From contig JBDKLC010000005.1 of assembly GCA_039795775.1 (NCBI GenBank), forward strand, positions 185,624 to 249,623: a stretch of DNA of 64,000 nt, written 5' to 3'. Position 1 is the stretch's first letter. Every line of letters begins with the position of its first letter. This document shows positions 9,599-18,447 of the stretch, piece after piece. The notes below the pieces were generated by a model. It did no database searches. It worked only from the letters and a program-made list of their open reading frames with translations, and was not told the DNA's origin. A program made the position numbers and the translations under genes. The DNA comes from Candidatus Parcubacteria bacterium (lineage in GTDB: Bacteria; Patescibacteriota; Minisyncoccia; Phycocordibacterales; CAIZLB01).

Positions 9599-9698
9599 TT
9601 AGAATGTCACATCTGCGTATATAATAGCATACTTTATTATAAAAGTCAAGCATAACTATGGCTCAACAAAGGGATAAAGCGCGTTTTCTATGAATAAA

Positions 9699-10589
9699 TT
9701 ACTCCGTAAAAAATCCTCCTGGAAATGCTATAGAGTGGGTGAGTGAACCGTCCGCATGGAGAATAGCGTAGTCAAAATGAAATTCTTTTTGAAGCTTTTC
9801 AGGAGACACGAAAAAGAGCGCTGTAGTTAGGGCATCAGCAAGAAGAGTTGTTTCTGCAACTACCCACAAGGCAGTTATATGTCGTGGCGACTCAACAGAA
9901 TGTGCATCAATAACGTGATGAAATTTATTCCATGTTCGTCTATTGCCGGCGGATCCACAAATACTTTTGTTTACAATCGTTGCTACCCCAATTGCCTTTG
10001 ACGTATCACGTGGATCTTCAAGTCCTATCTGCTGAGGTATCTTGTCCTTACTTGTATGTAAAATATCACCGCCTGCATTGATAGTGTATTCTTCGATTCC
10101 TGAGTCTGTCATAAGCTGACCGACAATATCTATAATGTGTCCCTTACCCAAAGCGCCGAAGTCGAGAGACACGGGCTCTTTAATGATGAGTTTTGGATGT
10201 GGTCCGTCATTATGATATTCCATAACATCTTTCCACTTTTTTGCAGGGAGAATTTTTTCTTTTGGAGTGAGTGAATACTGCGCATCATATCCTGCATCTA
10301 CAAGTACTTGGCCAATGAGGGGTGTCATTTTGCCATGTGTAATGCTGTACAACTTTTCGTAGAGTGAAAGCATAGGTCCTGCATCTGTTGGAAGGTTGTA
10401 GGTGCCAGCAGTTTTTCTGATTTGTGCAATGAGTGAACCGTCTCGAAATCGTGAGTATGTTTCTTCAAAGTGTTCGATGCGAGCTTTTACCACATTAGCA
10501 ATAGAATCAGACGCGATAACGTCTGATTCTATAAAATCAATCTTCCATTCAGTACCAATTGCACGAAATGCAAATTGGAAGTGAGTCAT
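9699..10589 (-). CDS. apbE: FAD:protein FMN transferase (ApbE family).
   Basis: The 296 aa protein contains GALGKGHIID, INAGGDIL and GSAGNRR in an ApbE-like core. No N-terminal signal peptide is evident. Its start overlaps the stop of the upstream FMN-binding gene in a TAATG arrangement. Confidence 0.8.
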   Translation of the reverse strand: MTHFQFAFRAIGTEWKIDFIESDVIASDSIANVVKARIEHFEETYSRFRDGSLIAQIRKTAGTYNLPTDAGPMLSLYEKLYSITHGKMTPLIGQVLVDAGYDAQYSLTPKEKILPAKKWKDVMEYHNDGPHPKLIIKEPVSLDFGALGKGHIIDIVGQLMTDSGIEEYTINAGGDILHTSKDKIPQQIGLEDPRDTSKAIGVATIVNKSICGSAGNRRTWNKFHHVIDAHSVESPRHITALWVVAETTLLADALTTALFFVSPEKLQKEFHFDYAILHADGSLTHSIAFPGGFFTE

Positions 10590-11101
10590 TAGCTTCGAGC
10601 TTTAACTTTGATCTGCTCTACAGCATTGTTGAAACCAATTGGTGTGAGAGATGCGCCTGATACGTTGCCAAGTTTGAGACTTGCGATACTTTTGCCAACT
10701 ACTTGTGCTTTGAATCCAGAAATGAATTTAGCCTGAAGATCTTTAGAAATTGGGTTGATAGCTTTTGCTGTAACTGTAGCGTCTGTTACTACATCGCCTT
10801 TGAGCACGAGACTTACATCAATACTTTCAGCGCCAGCTGGTGACTTGTATGAGCCAGAAGCTGTGTATGTGCCATCTTTGTATGATTGAGTACTTTTTGG
10901 CTTGTCAGCTGGTGTTGTTGTAGGAGCCGATGTTCTAGAAGAAGTAGTTGTTGAAGATGTTGTTGCAGTTGCACCAGCTGAAGTAGTGTTATCAATTATA
11001 GGAGTAGGTGTTGTTGTAGACTGAGGTCGTGTTGAATACATACCTGCAATAATAAGTGCTGCTACCACGATGATTCCGATATATGTTTTCTTTGAATTCA
11101 T
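10589..11101 (-). CDS. Membrane-anchored FMN-binding domain protein, a candidate flavinylation substrate.
   Basis: An N-terminal TM anchor is followed by a Thr/Ser/Pro-rich linker and an FMN_bind-like domain. That domain begins DGTYTAS and ends GNVSGASLTPIGFNNAVEQIK. The second segment carries the SGAT-type flavinylation motif with Ser in place of the terminal Thr (SGAS). Confidence 0.7.
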   Translation of the reverse strand: MNSKKTYIGIIVVAALIIAGMYSTRPQSTTTPTPIIDNTTSAGATATTSSTTTSSRTSAPTTTPADKPKSTQSYKDGTYTASGSYKSPAGAESIDVSLVLKGDVVTDATVTAKAINPISKDLQAKFISGFKAQVVGKSIASLKLGNVSGASLTPIGFNNAVEQIKVKARS

Positions 11102-11166
11102 TGTTTCTAAATGTCTAAATTAACTAAATTTGTTGTGTTGATTATACCGAATAGCCCAGATTTTGG

Positions 11167-11823
11167 CTAATCAGGCATTTTTTCTCCTTCATCTCGCCAC
11201 TCGATTATCTTGCCGGACTTACGTTCCATGCGGTCAGCCCTTCGGAGGTGGCGTTTGTTTTTTGATGGGAGGTAAGGGAAGTGAGGAGACTTGTCGACTA
11301 CGGCTGCGAGATCAAAGAGCTCTTCTTCTGTTGTGAGCCACTCTGTACCAAATCGTTTGAGGTTGATGGGACGTGAATAGCTTTGGAGGACTTTGTCGCC
11401 TGTCGTATTCACAAAATATTCATGAAAATATGACATGGCAAGTTCTCTCACTGTGCGATATACAGGATCACGAAATCGTACGGTCGTATGATTTGTTTTT
11501 GAAATTGCTCCCCAGAATCCGTTTATTTTGTACAACGCAACGCAGTGATCATCATCGTAGGGATACGCTTTCATATTCATAATAAGTGGTTCATGCCCGT
11601 GGAGCCACAGTGTAGCTGCCGCAAAAAGTGCTGCTTCCATACAGTGCGCCTTTTTGTGACGGAGTACACGACGCGGAGACATGTTTGTCTCGCCATCATA
11701 TTCAAAATTGATAGAAAGCGTATCAAGAAAATCTTGTATTTGTATTGGCGTAGAAAGCGACTGCAATTTTTTCAGTTCTGATGCATTGAATATTTCTTTG
11801 GCGATTTTTTGAAACGATGACAT
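11167..11823 (-). CDS. Hypothetical protein with a papain/transglutaminase-like Cys-His signature.
   Basis: The 218 aa protein contains KAHCMEAALFAAATLWLHGH. The family assignment is tentative. Confidence 0.5.
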   Translation of the reverse strand: MSSFQKIAKEIFNASELKKLQSLSTPIQIQDFLDTLSINFEYDGETNMSPRRVLRHKKAHCMEAALFAAATLWLHGHEPLIMNMKAYPYDDDHCVALYKINGFWGAISKTNHTTVRFRDPVYRTVRELAMSYFHEYFVNTTGDKVLQSYSRPINLKRFGTEWLTTEEELFDLAAVVDKSPHFPYLPSKNKRHLRRADRMERKSGKIIEWRDEGEKMPD

Positions 11824-11904
11824 GTCTTTCTATTTTACAGTATTTATAACAGAAAACCCCAGCAGAGCTCGAGTCTCTGTGGGGTATTTTGGATGGTTGG
11901 GTGA

Positions 11905-12207
11905 TTACCAAATTAAGTCGTGGCGGCCTTCTTTCCGCTTGAGCCAAAGTGGAGCATCGTGCAGCCAGTCATAGTCATGTAGGCGTGCGTATCCATTTTT
12001 GTCTTGAATGCTTACGGTAGTGGCGATGCCTACTTTTTCAGGTTCTTTGAAAAAAGGGTTGGAGCCTCCCATAATGAGAATTCCTTCCCAGGCTTCTTCC
12101 GCAGTGCGACCGCGGGTTGTAGTTATTTTTTTGGGATCGTCAGATGTTGGTTTCTCTCTATACCCAAAGGTCCAGAGAGGGAACGTGTCGTCGGGATAGA
12201 TGGGCAT
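11905..12207 (-). CDS. Hypothetical protein.
   Basis: A 100 aa ORF with no motif. Its codon usage is compatible with coding. Confidence 0.4.
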   Translation of the reverse strand: MPIYPDDTFPLWTFGYREKPTSDDPKKITTTRGRTAEEAWEGILIMGGSNPFFKEPEKVGIATTVSIQDKNGYARLHDYDWLHDAPLWLKRKEGRHDLIW

Positions 12208-12267
12208 AGGTGCTTTCTTGTTGAGTTTCTTCTAGTATCAAAATACGTTAAATAATCAGATTTGTCT

Positions 12268-12312
12268 AGGTTAAAAGAAAAGGCGCCCGAATCCGCGAGG
12301 ATTCGTGCGCCT
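12268..12312 (-). terminator. Hairpin terminator after the 12337-12906 gene.
   Basis: ggcgcccgaatcc pairs with ggattcgtgcgcc over 13 bp with one mismatch. The minus strand is T-rich after the stem. Confidence 0.5.
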
Positions 12313-12336
12313 TGATTGCTGGAGTGTTTCCAGTGG

Positions 12337-12906
12337 TTACTTCTTGGCCTGGGTGTTCTGATTGGACGTGGTGTTTTGACTGTAGGTCAGGAGCATAGTC
12401 CCGTCGGCTTGTGGCTCCCTATTTATCCTCATATCTTTGCGTTGATCTTCGGATAAAGACATGAGCCACTCTTGTATGCTTCTAAAGTCAGCAGACTTTT
12501 TCTTTTCGTCCATAAGCCTTACGACAAAGGTTTTGACACCTTTTGGGGTCGCCGCTTCCTTGATTTCATCAGAGGCTGGTTTGTTTTCGCCTTTGACGTT
12601 CTGCTTGAACGTGACCTTGTAATTGAAAATCACGAGCACGCTGCCGTCGGCTCGGGCCACCGAGCTTCGGCTGATGACCTCGCGGTTGGTCTCGGGAAGA
12701 CCCGCGAGCCATTCGTTGATGTCATTGAGCTCGGCATCGATGCCTTGGGCGTCCTTGGCGGTCAGGACAAAGGCCTTGATGCGTTCGGAGGTCGTCGTTT
12801 GCTTGACTTGTTCGAAGCCTGGTAGATCTTCGTTGCCGCCCGCTTGGACGTTTGAGGCAGTGAAGCAGAGTGCCAGACTGAGAAGTATTGAATAGATGGT
12901 TTTCAT
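12337..12906 (-). CDS. Secreted protein with two tandem domains of about 65 aa.
   Basis: The N-terminus is the signal peptide MKTIYSILLSLALCFTASNVQA. Two internally similar repeats begin VKTFVLTAKDAQ and VKTFVVRLMDEK, and both contain the motif EWL. The gene is GC-rich. Confidence 0.6.
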   Translation of the reverse strand: MKTIYSILLSLALCFTASNVQAGGNEDLPGFEQVKQTTTSERIKAFVLTAKDAQGIDAELNDINEWLAGLPETNREVISRSSVARADGSVLVIFNYKVTFKQNVKGENKPASDEIKEAATPKGVKTFVVRLMDEKKKSADFRSIQEWLMSLSEDQRKDMRINREPQADGTMLLTYSQNTTSNQNTQAKK

Positions 12907-12960
12907 GGATTGTATGTGTATAGTAGCTGTGTTTTTGGATCACAACTCAACAAGAGCGTT

Positions 12961-13016
12961 GAGCTGCATCTGAGAAGGCAGACAATGTCTGCGCTCTCAG
13001 ATGCAGCTCTTTTCCA
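12961..13016 (+). terminator. Strong hairpin terminator-like element.
   Basis: A perfect 15 bp stem, gagctgcatctgaga and tctcagatgcagctc, has a loop containing the inner hairpin gcagaca and tgtctgc. TTTTCC follows the stem. Confidence 0.55.
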
Positions 13017-13126
13017 TCTATATTCTATATAATGTACTTTACCTATATTATTATATCACAATATGCTGTTTTGTCAAACTAGATTTAAACAAAAATCGTC
13101 CATATTTCTATGGGCGATGTTTATTT

Positions 13127-13552
13127 CTAACTTTTCATTGGTTCTACCTGGAAGTTGAGCATCCACTCTACACCGTACTTGTCAGTCACTACACCGAAGA
13201 TAGCACCCCAGAATGTTGGTTCTGGTGCCATGAAAACGTTGCCGCCTTCTGAAAGCTTTGCAAAAATGTCTCGAAGCTGCTGTTCACTTTCTAAGTTGAG
13301 TGACATACCTACGTTGTCTCCGATAGTTGCTTTGTCTTGCATCATGTCCATTCCTACGAAAGTGATTGGGCCTGCTGTAAGAATAGAATGCATAATGTTG
13401 TTCTGCTTTTCTTCTGGCATATCTTTTGCCATTGGAGAATCTTTCACAAGCATAGTTTCGAGCGTGCCTCCAAATACTGATGTATAAAAATTCATACCTT
13501 CTGTACCTTTGTTATCGTTGAAACGAATGAACGGTGTAAGTGTTGTTGTCAT
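13127..13552 (-). CDS. VOC-family (glyoxalase/PhnB-like) protein.
   Basis: The likely start is MTTTLTPFIRFNDNKGTEGMNFYTSVFGG, which is a PhnB/3-demethylubiquinone methyltransferase-like N-terminus. It is a paralog of the 14228-14656 gene. Confidence 0.65.
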   Translation of the reverse strand: MTTTLTPFIRFNDNKGTEGMNFYTSVFGGTLETMLVKDSPMAKDMPEEKQNNIMHSILTAGPITFVGMDMMQDKATIGDNVGMSLNLESEQQLRDIFAKLSEGGNVFMAPEPTFWGAIFGVVTDKYGVEWMLNFQVEPMKS

Positions 13553-13639
13553 GGTATGCATTCTAATACAAAAGTTGTAAAAACGAAAAACCACCACCCA
13601 CATTCATGGATGGCGGCATCGTGAATGGGGAAGTGGCTG

Positions 13640-13879
13640 TTAGCCTGCGGTCTTTGGAGATCCGCTTGGTTTTTTGGCGAGCTCGTGTATGAGTCGCATC
13701 AGTTCGATAGTGCGACGAGCATGTTCGCTTGGTGAAAGCTGAGGTGCGATTACTCGAACCTTAAATCCACAGCGATGAAACTCTCGCACAACTACATATC
13801 CTGGTTGCATAGGTTGTTTCTCCAGTTGAGGTTGTTGTTGCGTACTGACAGAAGTATCAGTCCGTATGGTATTATACAA
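13640..13879 (-). CDS. Hypothetical small protein.
   Basis: A 79 aa ORF, possibly starting at the internal Met of MQPGYVVVREFHRCGFK. It has no confident family assignment. Confidence 0.3.
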   Translation of the reverse strand: MYNTIRTDTSVSTQQQPQLEKQPMQPGYVVVREFHRCGFKVRVIAPQLSPSEHARRTIELMRLIHELAKKPSGSPKTAG

Positions 13880-13907
13880 TCAATTTGTATAAGGTCAAGT
13901 ATTGGGT

Positions 13908-14216
13908 TTATTTTTTGGATCGAGATCCGAGAATGTATTTTTGTGATGGACTCAGTGCTTTATCTTTTCTATGAGTACAACCAATCCAACAGCATGGACG
14001 TCGTTTGCCGCCTTTGAGTTCTGAAGCCGTTCGCATGACATGCTCTTTTCTTTTTTCTGGAGTCTTTACTGACTGTACCCAGCAAATCCATTCGTTGCGA
14101 GCAAGGGGAGTGATATCTTCCCATGCTGCTAGGGCTTTTTTATCTGCAAGGAGAACTTTTTTGAGATCAGCTGGGAGTGGGTGAGCTACACCACTAGAGA
14201 TACTTGTTTTGATCAT
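13908..14216 (-). CDS. YdeI/OmpD-associated family protein (DUF1801-related).
   Basis: The protein begins PLPADLKKVLLADKKALAAWEDITPLARNEWICWVQSVKTPEKRKEH. This is the signature of the YdeI family. Confidence 0.7.
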   Translation of the reverse strand: MIKTSISSGVAHPLPADLKKVLLADKKALAAWEDITPLARNEWICWVQSVKTPEKRKEHVMRTASELKGGKRRPCCWIGCTHRKDKALSPSQKYILGSRSKK

Positions 14217-14227
14217 ATACAGTTGAG

Positions 14228-14656
14228 TTATACAACCGGTACAAATTCAATAAGCCATTCAATACCGTACTTATCTCGTAGCATGCCAGCATAACTACCC
14301 CAAGGACTATCACCCATAGGACCTTCTACTTCGGCGCCATCTGAAAGACCATTAAAAATAGCATCTGCTTTTTCCTTAGTGTCTGCATTGATCACAATTT
14401 TACTTCTGTTTTCTTTTTCGTTTACGGTACCCATAAATGAAGGGATATCATTTCCCATGAGTACACTATTTGGACCGATAGGAAGGCTTATGAGCATGAG
14501 CTTGTTTGCTTCTGCCTCCGGAATCTGAACCTCTGCACTGGCAATGTCTTTGAACCGAACCGTTTTTGTAAATTCACCGCCGAATATTGATTTATAAAAA
14601 GTAAACGCTTCTTCGGCATTACCGTTAAAGTTGATCCAAGGGTTGATAGTTGTCAT
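14228..14656 (-). CDS. VOC-family (PhnB-like) protein.
   Basis: MTTINPWINFNGNAEEAFTFYKSIFGGEF is a typical PhnB-like N-terminus. The gene is 142 aa. Confidence 0.7.
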   Translation of the reverse strand: MTTINPWINFNGNAEEAFTFYKSIFGGEFTKTVRFKDIASAEVQIPEAEANKLMLISLPIGPNSVLMGNDIPSFMGTVNEKENRSKIVINADTKEKADAIFNGLSDGAEVEGPMGDSPWGSYAGMLRDKYGIEWLIEFVPVV

Positions 14657-14947
14657 GTGCTAATCATACCGTGGTATAGAGTATTTTCAACTTTTGTAGA
14701 CCTCGATGAATGATCACCGCTATGGTGTTTTCTCGCTGTCCTGTAATAACTGAAATTTCTCTCAAAGAAAGTCCATCAATATATTTCATTGTAAGAAGTT
14801 TTTGGTATGAGATGGGCAAAAAGCGAAGGAGAAGTATTGGTGGTTACTCCTTCTCCTTGCGGTGATTATCAGTTACTACGTATATCGTCAGTATAAAAAA
14901 GACGAATATAGAAAGTAGCTTATAGCACTGCACATAGTTCGGTACAA

Positions 14948-14990
14948 AAAAGCAACACCTCGAATATATGCCGAGGTGTTGTTTTTTGTA
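14948..14990. terminator. Bidirectional rho-independent terminator.
   Basis: A perfect 10 bp stem, caacacctcg and cgaggtgttg, has an A-run before it and a T-run after it. Confidence 0.6.
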
Positions 14991-15560
14991 TTATTTTTTT
15001 CGCTTAATGAACCCAGTCATGAGAGAGTTCGTACAAATCATGGCGATTGAATGGAAGGTTGTAGCTATGTTGTATGTTTGGAGTGAGAAAAGGGTGAGAA
15101 CATGTCGAGCAACATTCATTTCGTAGAGCAATGGTTTTTCTGATTGTGGGTGAGCCCATGTTTTTCGTAGTGTTGGAATAAACGCAATGATATCAATGAG
15201 AACAACTATGACTACAGAAATTGTCGGATCTTTTGTCAGTGCCCACGGAATGAGGCCGAGAAGACAAATGGCGAGGAAGTAATTATCTATAGTTCGAATA
15301 TGGCCAGCTTTTCCTTGAAATAGATGCTTAAGAGAAAATAAAAAAATAATGATGGTAAATCCTTCAGCAATTCCTGTTGGAAGTGCACCTATACCAGCTC
15401 CTTTTGCGAGGCCACCAAAAAATGTTGTCATTGATACGATAGACCACACAAGCCATGTGTATGGATGTGGCTGAACTCGTCCTTTAAACACATCTTTGAG
15501 ATACGAAATATTACCAACAAAGGCGAGAACTGCTGCAATAATGGCGATAGTTTCTTTCAT
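14991..15560 (-). CDS. Hypothetical polytopic membrane protein, paralog of 54856-55446.
   Basis: The 189 aa protein has multiple TM helices. Its layout aligns with the 196 aa protein at 54856-55446, including a shared C-terminal P-x-SE motif. Confidence 0.55.
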   Translation of the reverse strand: MKETIAIIAAVLAFVGNISYLKDVFKGRVQPHPYTWLVWSIVSMTTFFGGLAKGAGIGALPTGIAEGFTIIIFLFSLKHLFQGKAGHIRTIDNYFLAICLLGLIPWALTKDPTISVVIVVLIDIIAFIPTLRKTWAHPQSEKPLLYEMNVARHVLTLFSLQTYNIATTFHSIAMICTNSLMTGFIKRKK

Positions 15561-15587
15561 GAAAAAATGCGTAAGGAATTTTTATGT

Positions 15588-16064
15588 TTAATTGAGAATC
15601 CAGATTGAATAGTTGAGATAAGAAGCAAAACTTACCCAGAGAATGTAGGGGAGGAGAAGCCACATTGCTGGTTTCGAAATTTTGTAAAAAAGTGTCATGG
15701 TCCAAACTATTGCGAGCCACATTGCCACGATATTTACCAAAGCCCACCCTGGGCTCTGTAGTCCAAAGAATACAATTGACCAGGCTGCATTGAGTACGAG
15801 TTGTAGACTAAATATGCTTATTGCTTTTCGTACATCGTATCGGTCAAAGCCTTTTTTCCAAACAAGAAAGAGAGCAATACCCATGAGAGCATAGAGTGTT
15901 GTCCACACAGGTCCAAAGACCCAACTTGGAGGGTTGAGAGTTGGTTTAGTAAGTGTGGCGTACCAAGTTGGAATTGCTGATATCGAAAATACTGAACCAA
16001 TAAGACCAGCAAGTTCACAAATAATAATTGCACCAACTAGTTTGAGAATGGAATGTGATTTCAT
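15588..16064 (-). CDS. tspO: TspO/MBR family tryptophan-rich sensory protein.
   Basis: WYATLTKPTLNPPSWVFGPVWTTLYALMGIA is the classic TspO signature. The protein is 158 aa with 5 TM helices. Confidence 0.85.
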   Translation of the reverse strand: MKSHSILKLVGAIIICELAGLIGSVFSISAIPTWYATLTKPTLNPPSWVFGPVWTTLYALMGIALFLVWKKGFDRYDVRKAISIFSLQLVLNAAWSIVFFGLQSPGWALVNIVAMWLAIVWTMTLFYKISKPAMWLLLPYILWVSFASYLNYSIWILN

Positions 16065-16173
16065 AATAATAAGTATACTCTAAAATATTAAAACATTTCC
16101 AGATAAATATAAAAAACAGAAAACCTACCATCGCTCGACAGTGGTTTCTGTGGAGGGATGGTGGGGGTGTGTT

Positions 16174-16506
16174 TTAACCGAAGTGGGGCTTGACCATTTC
16201 TGGAATTTCCACGAGGATTTCCGCATCATTTTTTCCTTTCGTCTCGTAACGTTCATCGGTAAAAATTGCGATATCCTTCATGTTTTTAAGTTTAGGTAAA
16301 ATCCAGCCAATAACATCTTCTGGCGCTGGAGCCGCCTCTGCGAACAAGACGAACAAGTGAGGGTGAGACGGCACATGATGAAATCTGCCATCGTGTTCGT
16401 GTATAAACTCAAATGCCAATTCGGTCCATGTAAGAGTTTCTTGAGACCAAGGGGCTGTTAAGTGCTTAAAAACAACGAGTGCTAATGTTGTAGATTGGGT
16501 TGGCAT
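16174..16506 (-). CDS. Hypothetical protein.
   Basis: A GC-rich 110 aa ORF with no confident motif. Confidence 0.45.
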   Translation of the reverse strand: MPTQSTTLALVVFKHLTAPWSQETLTWTELAFEFIHEHDGRFHHVPSHPHLFVLFAEAAPAPEDVIGWILPKLKNMKDIAIFTDERYETKGKNDAEILVEIPEMVKPHFG

Positions 16507-16546
16507 GAATCGGGATTCCTTTCTCGTGATTGGTGTTTAGTTTGAG

Positions 16547-16855
16547 TTACTGAGGAAAATTCGTATTGAACCGTGTAAACACCAAGACCATTGGCATAAA
16601 ATCCATTACCTTATCTTGCGGGATGGGGCTGTCCAAGAGAGCCGCAGGAAAGTGTTCGAGCATGACTGTAGCCATAACGCCGAAAGCCTTGCATTGAGCG
16701 ATAATATCGATCTTGATTCTCTGGAGGGCAAGTTCAGCAAGTAATTCGCTTGGCTGTGCCGTTGCAAAGTCACCGACAGGCTTGATTGTCTTTTCGGCGG
16801 CTTCGATTTGTGTGGGGGTAATTACGCGAGTAGTGAGAAATTCACGGTATGTCAT
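16547..16855 (-). CDS. Hypothetical protein. The start is probably the internal Met of MTYREFLTTRV.
   Basis: The ORF track places the start further upstream, but the N-terminal extension looks non-native. Confidence 0.4.
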   Translation of the reverse strand: MTYREFLTTRVITPTQIEAAEKTIKPVGDFATAQPSELLAELALQRIKIDIIAQCKAFGVMATVMLEHFPAALLDSPIPQDKVMDFMPMVLVFTRFNTNFPQ

Positions 16856-16957
16856 TGTGTATTTTATTGTATGTTTTTTTGTGCTTGTTGAAATAGTTGT
16901 CTGGTAACACGATACCATTAAATTATAAAAAGTAAATGGTTCGAAAATAAAATATGA

Positions 16958-17010
16958 AAGATAAAAAAAGAGCCGTACCTGCTGTTACGGGTACGGCCTT
17001 TTTTTTTACT
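16958..17010. terminator. Bidirectional terminator.
   Basis: The stem gccgtacc and ggtacggc has poly-A on its 5' side and T9 on its 3' side. Confidence 0.6.
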
Positions 17011-17028
17011 CTCGATATCTGCTGATAT

Positions 17029-18063
17029 TTAGAGAGTCACTTCACCAACGAAGTTTGTTCCGATAACTGTTCGGAGTGCTTCAGATGAGTTGTGTCCTTG
17101 TGCGAGCGCCCACATGAATTTTACTTGAGCGCTGACATCGGTCATATCGAATGTGCCGATGGCTCCTGCTTCGAGGGCTTCCTTGCCTGGCTCATATAAG
17201 TCCATTCGTGTGTTGCCACCGACGAACTTTGTCGAAACCAGAATTGGAATGCCAAGATCTTTGGCAAGTCTGATGACAGGAATCAGTGAGTAGTCGTCGA
17301 GGCTTGGGACATTACCCGCACCAAGTGACTTCAGAAGCAGGCCTCTGCATGTTCCAGATCGCAAGACGACCAAGAGCATGCTCGGTTCGATTCCTGGGAC
17401 CAAATCCACAGTGAGAATGCCTCTTTGAAAGTGAGGCCTTAGATCAATCAGTCCGTTTCCACTTCTCACTTGAGCATGAGGATGGAAAGTCACTCCAACT
17501 GCAGTGATGTGTGCCAGGTCTGGATAGGCTGGTGACTCGAATGCAGTGAATCTCGCTTCACTCGATTTGATTGCTCTGCTTGCACGGAGCACCCGATCAT
17601 GAAAGACAATCATCACTTCACTTATGCGCAGTTCTATTGCGGCTTGCACTGCTTTCATCGCATTTTCAAGGTTGAACCTTGCATCCGTCCCGAACTCGAC
17701 CAAAGGCAATTGCGCTCCAGTAAAGACGATTGGGATGGGGGGCTTGCCACCGAGGGCAAAAGACACGGCTGTGGCTGTGTAAGCCATAGTGTCAGTTCCG
17801 TGGGTGATAATCATACCATCGTAGCCTATGTAATTTTCTGCGATCTTCATGGCCAACATGGTCCAATGACTTGGATTCACATTGGTGCTATCGATGTTGA
17901 GAACTTGCATCAAGGTTAGATCTTCATTATTTCCCAGCGATGGGACGATTGCCAGCATATCTTCGATTGATTTTGCTGGGACGAGAACATTGCCTCGTGA
18001 AGGATCGGGGACCATAGCTATGGTGCCTCCAAACCCAATTATCAGTATTTTCTTTTTGTTCAT
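17029..18063 (-). CDS. ansA: L-asparaginase (type I / GatD-like).
   Basis: IGFGGTIAM and THGTDTMAYTA are the threonine catalytic motifs. The protein is 344 aa. Confidence 0.85.
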   Translation of the reverse strand: MNKKKILIIGFGGTIAMVPDPSRGNVLVPAKSIEDMLAIVPSLGNNEDLTLMQVLNIDSTNVNPSHWTMLAMKIAENYIGYDGMIITHGTDTMAYTATAVSFALGGKPPIPIVFTGAQLPLVEFGTDARFNLENAMKAVQAAIELRISEVMIVFHDRVLRASRAIKSSEARFTAFESPAYPDLAHITAVGVTFHPHAQVRSGNGLIDLRPHFQRGILTVDLVPGIEPSMLLVVLRSGTCRGLLLKSLGAGNVPSLDDYSLIPVIRLAKDLGIPILVSTKFVGGNTRMDLYEPGKEALEAGAIGTFDMTDVSAQVKFMWALAQGHNSSEALRTVIGTNFVGEVTL

Positions 18064-18209
18064 CTAGTCGGTTCCTTTCGTGTTTTGTTGTTTGTGTGCA
18101 TGATTTTTACTACGGAATTTTTATCATAAATTGTCAACAATTGCAAAGAACCTATGTCTCGCAGCTAAAGTAGCAAGACATAGTTGTCTGGTAGTAATAG
18201 TGAAGTTAC

Positions 18210-18443
18210 TTACTTCAAATTTTGTATACCCCCACCATCTGTAACTTTATGAAAACCAGCTTGTTCCAAAAGATGTTTGGCAACTTGTGAGCGACGTCCT
18301 GATCCGCAGTAAACAGTAATATCGAGATCTGTATCAATATTCGGCAACATACCATTCATCATATCGTGCACATCAATATTGATAGCCCCAGAAATGTGTT
18401 CAGCGTCATATTCTTCTTTTGTTCGGACATCGATGATGATCAT
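18210..18443 (-). CDS. Single-domain rhodanese (sulfurtransferase).
   Basis: The 77 aa protein contains the active-site loop YCGSGRRS. Confidence 0.7.
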   Translation of the reverse strand: MIIIDVRTKEEYDAEHISGAINIDVHDMMNGMLPNIDTDLDITVYCGSGRRSQVAKHLLEQAGFHKVTDGGGIQNLK

Positions 18444-18447
18444 ACAA

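Noticed and set aside
13640-13879. A HicA-like toxin assignment for the 79 aa ORF.
   Set aside because: It lacks the GSHH-type motif and a partner antitoxin. It is kept only as a low-confidence hypothetical.
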